64,000 nt of DNA from Marsupella aquatica (Eukaryota; Plantae; Marchantiophyta). Of this stretch, positions 60,241 through 64,000 are shown in pieces; position 1 is the stretch's first letter, and the number at the start of each line of letters is the position of its first letter. The DNA lies in contig OZ316891.1 in the NCBI GenBank assembly GCA_973895155.1, positions 22,835,884 to 22,899,883 on the forward strand, in the 5' to 3' direction. A program made the position numbers and the translations under genes. A model generated the notes under the pieces. The model did no database searches, was not told the DNA's origin, and saw nothing but the letters and a program-made list of their open reading frames with translations.

Positions 60241-63200
60241 TTAGGTGCCTCCATACATGCGTTGACTAATTGCATCTTTCCAGTTAGTGGTCCTCTCCAC
60301 CAACAGTCTACTACGAGCTGGCCTATCTCTCACAACAGTATTACCGGAATACGAGGAACTATCTTCCATACAGGGCGGCCAATGTTCTCATTCCAATCCA
60401 TGAATGCACACATCAAACGAGCCTCATGAGATGCTGGAAAGTGAATGCATTTTGTGGCAAAATTTCCCATCACTGAATGAAATGTCTCGGATAAGAAGTT
60501 CTCTCTAGCCATGGTGTACCATTGCATCTTTCCTGGAGTGATGTACTTTGCCATGAATCCCTTCATGGCAACATGGGTTGCTGAGTCTGCCCCAAACACC
60601 AAAATATTTTAACAGTGTAACTAATGATAAACAAACCACAATAGCATTGAAATGTAGATGTCCTCAACTTGAGAACTAACCTCTTGCATAATACAAATCC
60701 AATTGGGTTCCTTCTTCTTCTCCAATATGGTGGCAGGGCCGGTCCGGTAGTGTCAAACACACTATGTGTATACCAGCCCAGTGATTTGCACAATTGGCTA
60801 TCTCAAATGCTAGTGATTCAGCATCACCCCCTCTGCATAAGAAGAAAATCACCATTAATAAATTTGTACAGTTGTGAAAAGGACAAAACATTTCAGTGTG
60901 AAAGTCATATTTTTTTCAATGTAGTAAAATACTTACGATGTTTTGCACCTCCTGCAACAAATATAGAACCAAGTCTTGAACTTCATGGACATGTTGTGCT
61001 GACTAAGCTCTGGATACTTTAGTCCACGGGAAATGATCGGCATCAATGTGTCCTCAATTGGTAGTCCCCTCCAATCTCCCACCTTGTGGACGAGGTCAAT
61101 TTTCCTGAACTTAGATAACCCTCTTACCCCTTTTGCCTTCAACCAATCTTACATCTGCTTGACAGTAGCACTTTGCAATTGTGACCTACACAATCATCCC
61201 AAGCATTTAGTGGAAGCTAAAAGTGCATACAAAATTGTACACTCAGTTCAAATTATAAAATTGAAACTAAGAAGACTTACAAACACTAACCTGGTTGTTG
61301 CAGTATCAATGTCCACTGTCAAGGTAAATGTGCACTTCACCAACTTGTCCACAAATTTCCTGACAAGATTTTTGGCTTGTACCACAAATCTTTTTGATTC
61401 ATCAACCCTAGGTCTCGAAGGATAGCATCCACAGCAGAGTTATCATCATGGATGACCTGAAAATTACAAGATAGTGCCAAGGTAATTAGCACTAAACTAT
61501 GTATTTTACTGACAAAGGAAAACAACAACAAAATAAAGGAAAACAATAAAGACATTATGAATTTGATAAAGTAGAACACTAACCTCTTTGATTACAATTC
61601 CATTGTCTCTCAATCTTTCCAAACCTTTTCTGGTCCCTAGTTCCTCCATCAACCATGAATTGGGTTCCTCTTTTTTGGTCGTAGTCACCATTTCTATAAC
61701 CTTACTATCCACAAGGTTGATAATTGAAACAGTACCATGATAACCACTACGCGAGGAGTCCCATCGAGCATCTAAGTACACGACAAGACCAGGATCTGTC
61801 CAAAACCCCAACATGCCAGTATCAATAAATAGATAAGTATTTGTAAAGCACAACAAATTAAACAGGAAGCTAATTATGCTCAAGAGACAAACAATAACAC
61901 AATGAGAGTTAGTACTTACCAGCTTGAAGGTCAACCCCACACTGGATATCATGTCTCAAATTTTGCCACAACTCTTTTTTGTTTTCCTCCCATTGTTGAT
62001 TGACAGCTTTAATCCAACCAACCCCGGGACGCCCTCGACCTGTCTGAAAGTCATACCAATGCTGCGATGTAGGGACATGCAAACCTAGGTGTGATGCAAC
62101 AGATGACAGTGATGTATATGTGAGCCCGACACATAATGTAGAGTGATACAACTTGGTGGTAACCAAAGGTGAACCCCTTCTTGACTCCATCTCTCCAGTA
62201 AGAAAAGTCCAACCATGTCCCTCCAGCCCACAACTAATCCGTATAGACCACAACTGTTGTAACTCCCTCACATGATGTACTGTAGGGGTCAAAGGGCATC
62301 CGGATATATGACATCTAGGTAGTAGTTGCTCCACAAAAGTATGCACCAAATGGCGCTCTATGAAACCAACTGTGGCAGGCTCACGGGGTCGGAATCTTGT
62401 TTTTGGAACCTCTTCATGAGCCTCACAATGTTTCACATGACTAGGAGGGATCTGAGAGTCCATCACTACAAGAGGAGGGATTTGAGAATCCATGACCTCA
62501 ACTTGAGAAAGTTGGGAGTCCGTCACGTCAACAGGCACCACTTGAGAATCCATTACCGCCGAGGGAAGCGACTATGAATCCTCAATGCAAGTTGTTTGAG
62601 TCTGGTACATGACCAATATATAACACATAACAGACTAAGTATGCTTGCAAACTTTTCCTGTAAAAAATATTAAAATATAAAAGTTGTAAGTTAAAATACC
62701 ATAAAGTTACATTACATACCTGGCCCCCTAGAGCAGCCACCACATCTGGATCATCATTTCCAAAGATGATGTCATCGTCACCAAAAGATCCCTGGATAAT
62801 GTCCTCAGGCCATTCATTGTAAGCCTCAAATACTCTCCCACTCTGGTGCATTCCCTATGGATTAGATACAAGAGTTGGTGGTCAAGGAAAAACAAAAATT
62901 CATGAAATGGACAAACAATAACATTGAAGACTCAGGATAGATTAGAGAATATAGATAAAAAACACTACCAACTTAAAATGCTGATGTATGGTGAAAGAAA
63001 GGACAGAGGAAAAAGTAAACTTGGGAAAGAAGTGTGAGTGAGAATGGGAAAGAAATGTGAGTGAGAATGAAAAAAATAAAGGAGGCATTAGACCTGAGAC
63101 TGGTCAAAATCCATGGGTCCCCTCTCATGTCGTGAGTGTTGTTCCTCGTCCAAAGACTCCTGGTGATGTTTGACTTGAAAAAGTTAGTACATTAAATTGT

Positions 63201-63672
63201 GAAAACTGAAATTGCAAGATTAGATAAAACCAGCAAGTTATACAATGAAATAGAATAGGAAAGAACCTCTTACATGGAGGGAGTTGTTGGCCGGGACTGA
63301 ATTGAGATCGAACATGTGTTCTTCAGGTACACCAAGGGGTTCTTCATTCTCCACCCCAAGTGGCAATGCCTCACTTGCAAGTGTTGCTGCCTGGACCACT
63401 TGCCGTCTCTTCAACTCGTGTATCGCAGCACTGCACTTGTCAAGTAACCAATGAATGACTGTAGCATGGGTGGTATTCAAGTCATCTCCCAATAAAAGTC
63501 TAAGTTCCTCCCACTCATCCCATCGCTCCACTGGGACCCGGATTGGTGGCTTGGCATGCGGTCTCATCCTCTTCCTATACTCCATGTCATCACTCAGGTA
63601 CTTTGGTCTTGAAGGACCACCGCCCCGGGGAGGACGTTTACGCCGCCTACTAGGAAGGTCAGTCGGCTCCAT
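60241..63672 (-). pseudogene. Intron-containing Kolobok-like DDE transposase, about nine exons, with frameshifts and stops
   Basis: YLDARWDSSRSGYHGTVSII...SWLMEELG...L...GIVIKEV|IHDD...QKDLW(Y/H)K...LSETFHSVMGNFATKCIHFPASHEARLMCAFMDWNENIGR matches the Kolobok D-D-E pattern (DGRxDS / TD / DxWH / ExFHS...AR..LA..DxNxN.xR). Ends ...QRMYGGT* after a frameshift. Confidence 0.78.
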
Positions 63673-63695
63673 CCTAGACACTGTGTCAGCCAAAG

Positions 63696-63985
63696 TACTA
63701 AAAAAACTAATGTATTATCTAGATAAAAATTGCAAAACCACTAAAAATTGCAAAAACCACAAAAAGAGTGTACTAAAAAAAACTAATGTATTACCTAGAT
63801 AAAAATTGCAAAATTACTAAAAATTGCAAAAACCACAAAAATAGTGTACTAAAAAAAACTAATGTATTACCTAGATAAAAATTGCAAAATTACTAAAAAT
63901 TGCAAAAACACAAAAAAGTGCACTACGAAAAACTAATGTATTACCTAGACAAAAATTGCAAAACCACTAAAAATTGCAAAACCAA
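63696..63985. repeat. ~75-bp AT-rich tandem repeat, about four copies, upstream of the transposase
   Basis: GTACTAAAAAAACTAATGTATTACCTAGATAAAAATTGCAAAA... starts at 63696, 63770, 63846 and 63920. Confidence 0.9.
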
Positions 63986-64000
63986 AGGAAAGAAGGACCG

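Overview
Eukaryotic land-plant nuclear DNA; a bryophyte such as a liverwort is my inference, not something the sequence proves. A two-gene island holds an 18-exon plastid-type RelA/SpoT homologue (+, 12278-20492) and a convergent 7-exon ChaC/GGCT2 gamma-glutamylcyclotransferase (-, 22983-25054). The rest is a nested transposon field. Left side: the 3' end of a Bianca-type copia, a TA-flanked MITE, and a decayed Tork-like copia carrying three hAT MITEs, one of which is split by a CACTA element. Middle: a PIF/Harbinger non-autonomous element and a copia 5' LTR with its PBS. Right side: a young full-length Athila-like gypsy (42754-54021). Two items stand out. (1) A 4.0-kb TG...CA element with a 5-bp TSD but no terminal direct repeats, i.e. 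a giant solo LTR, containing an ~880-aa gene (56175-60178), with a diverged second copy at 35380-38912 that suggests purifying selection. (2) An intron-rich Kolobok-like DDE transposase (-, 60241-63672) facing three tandem KolX/P2X7-C-terminal-like ORFs (+, 54030-55558); as far as I know this superfamily is not normally described in land plants.
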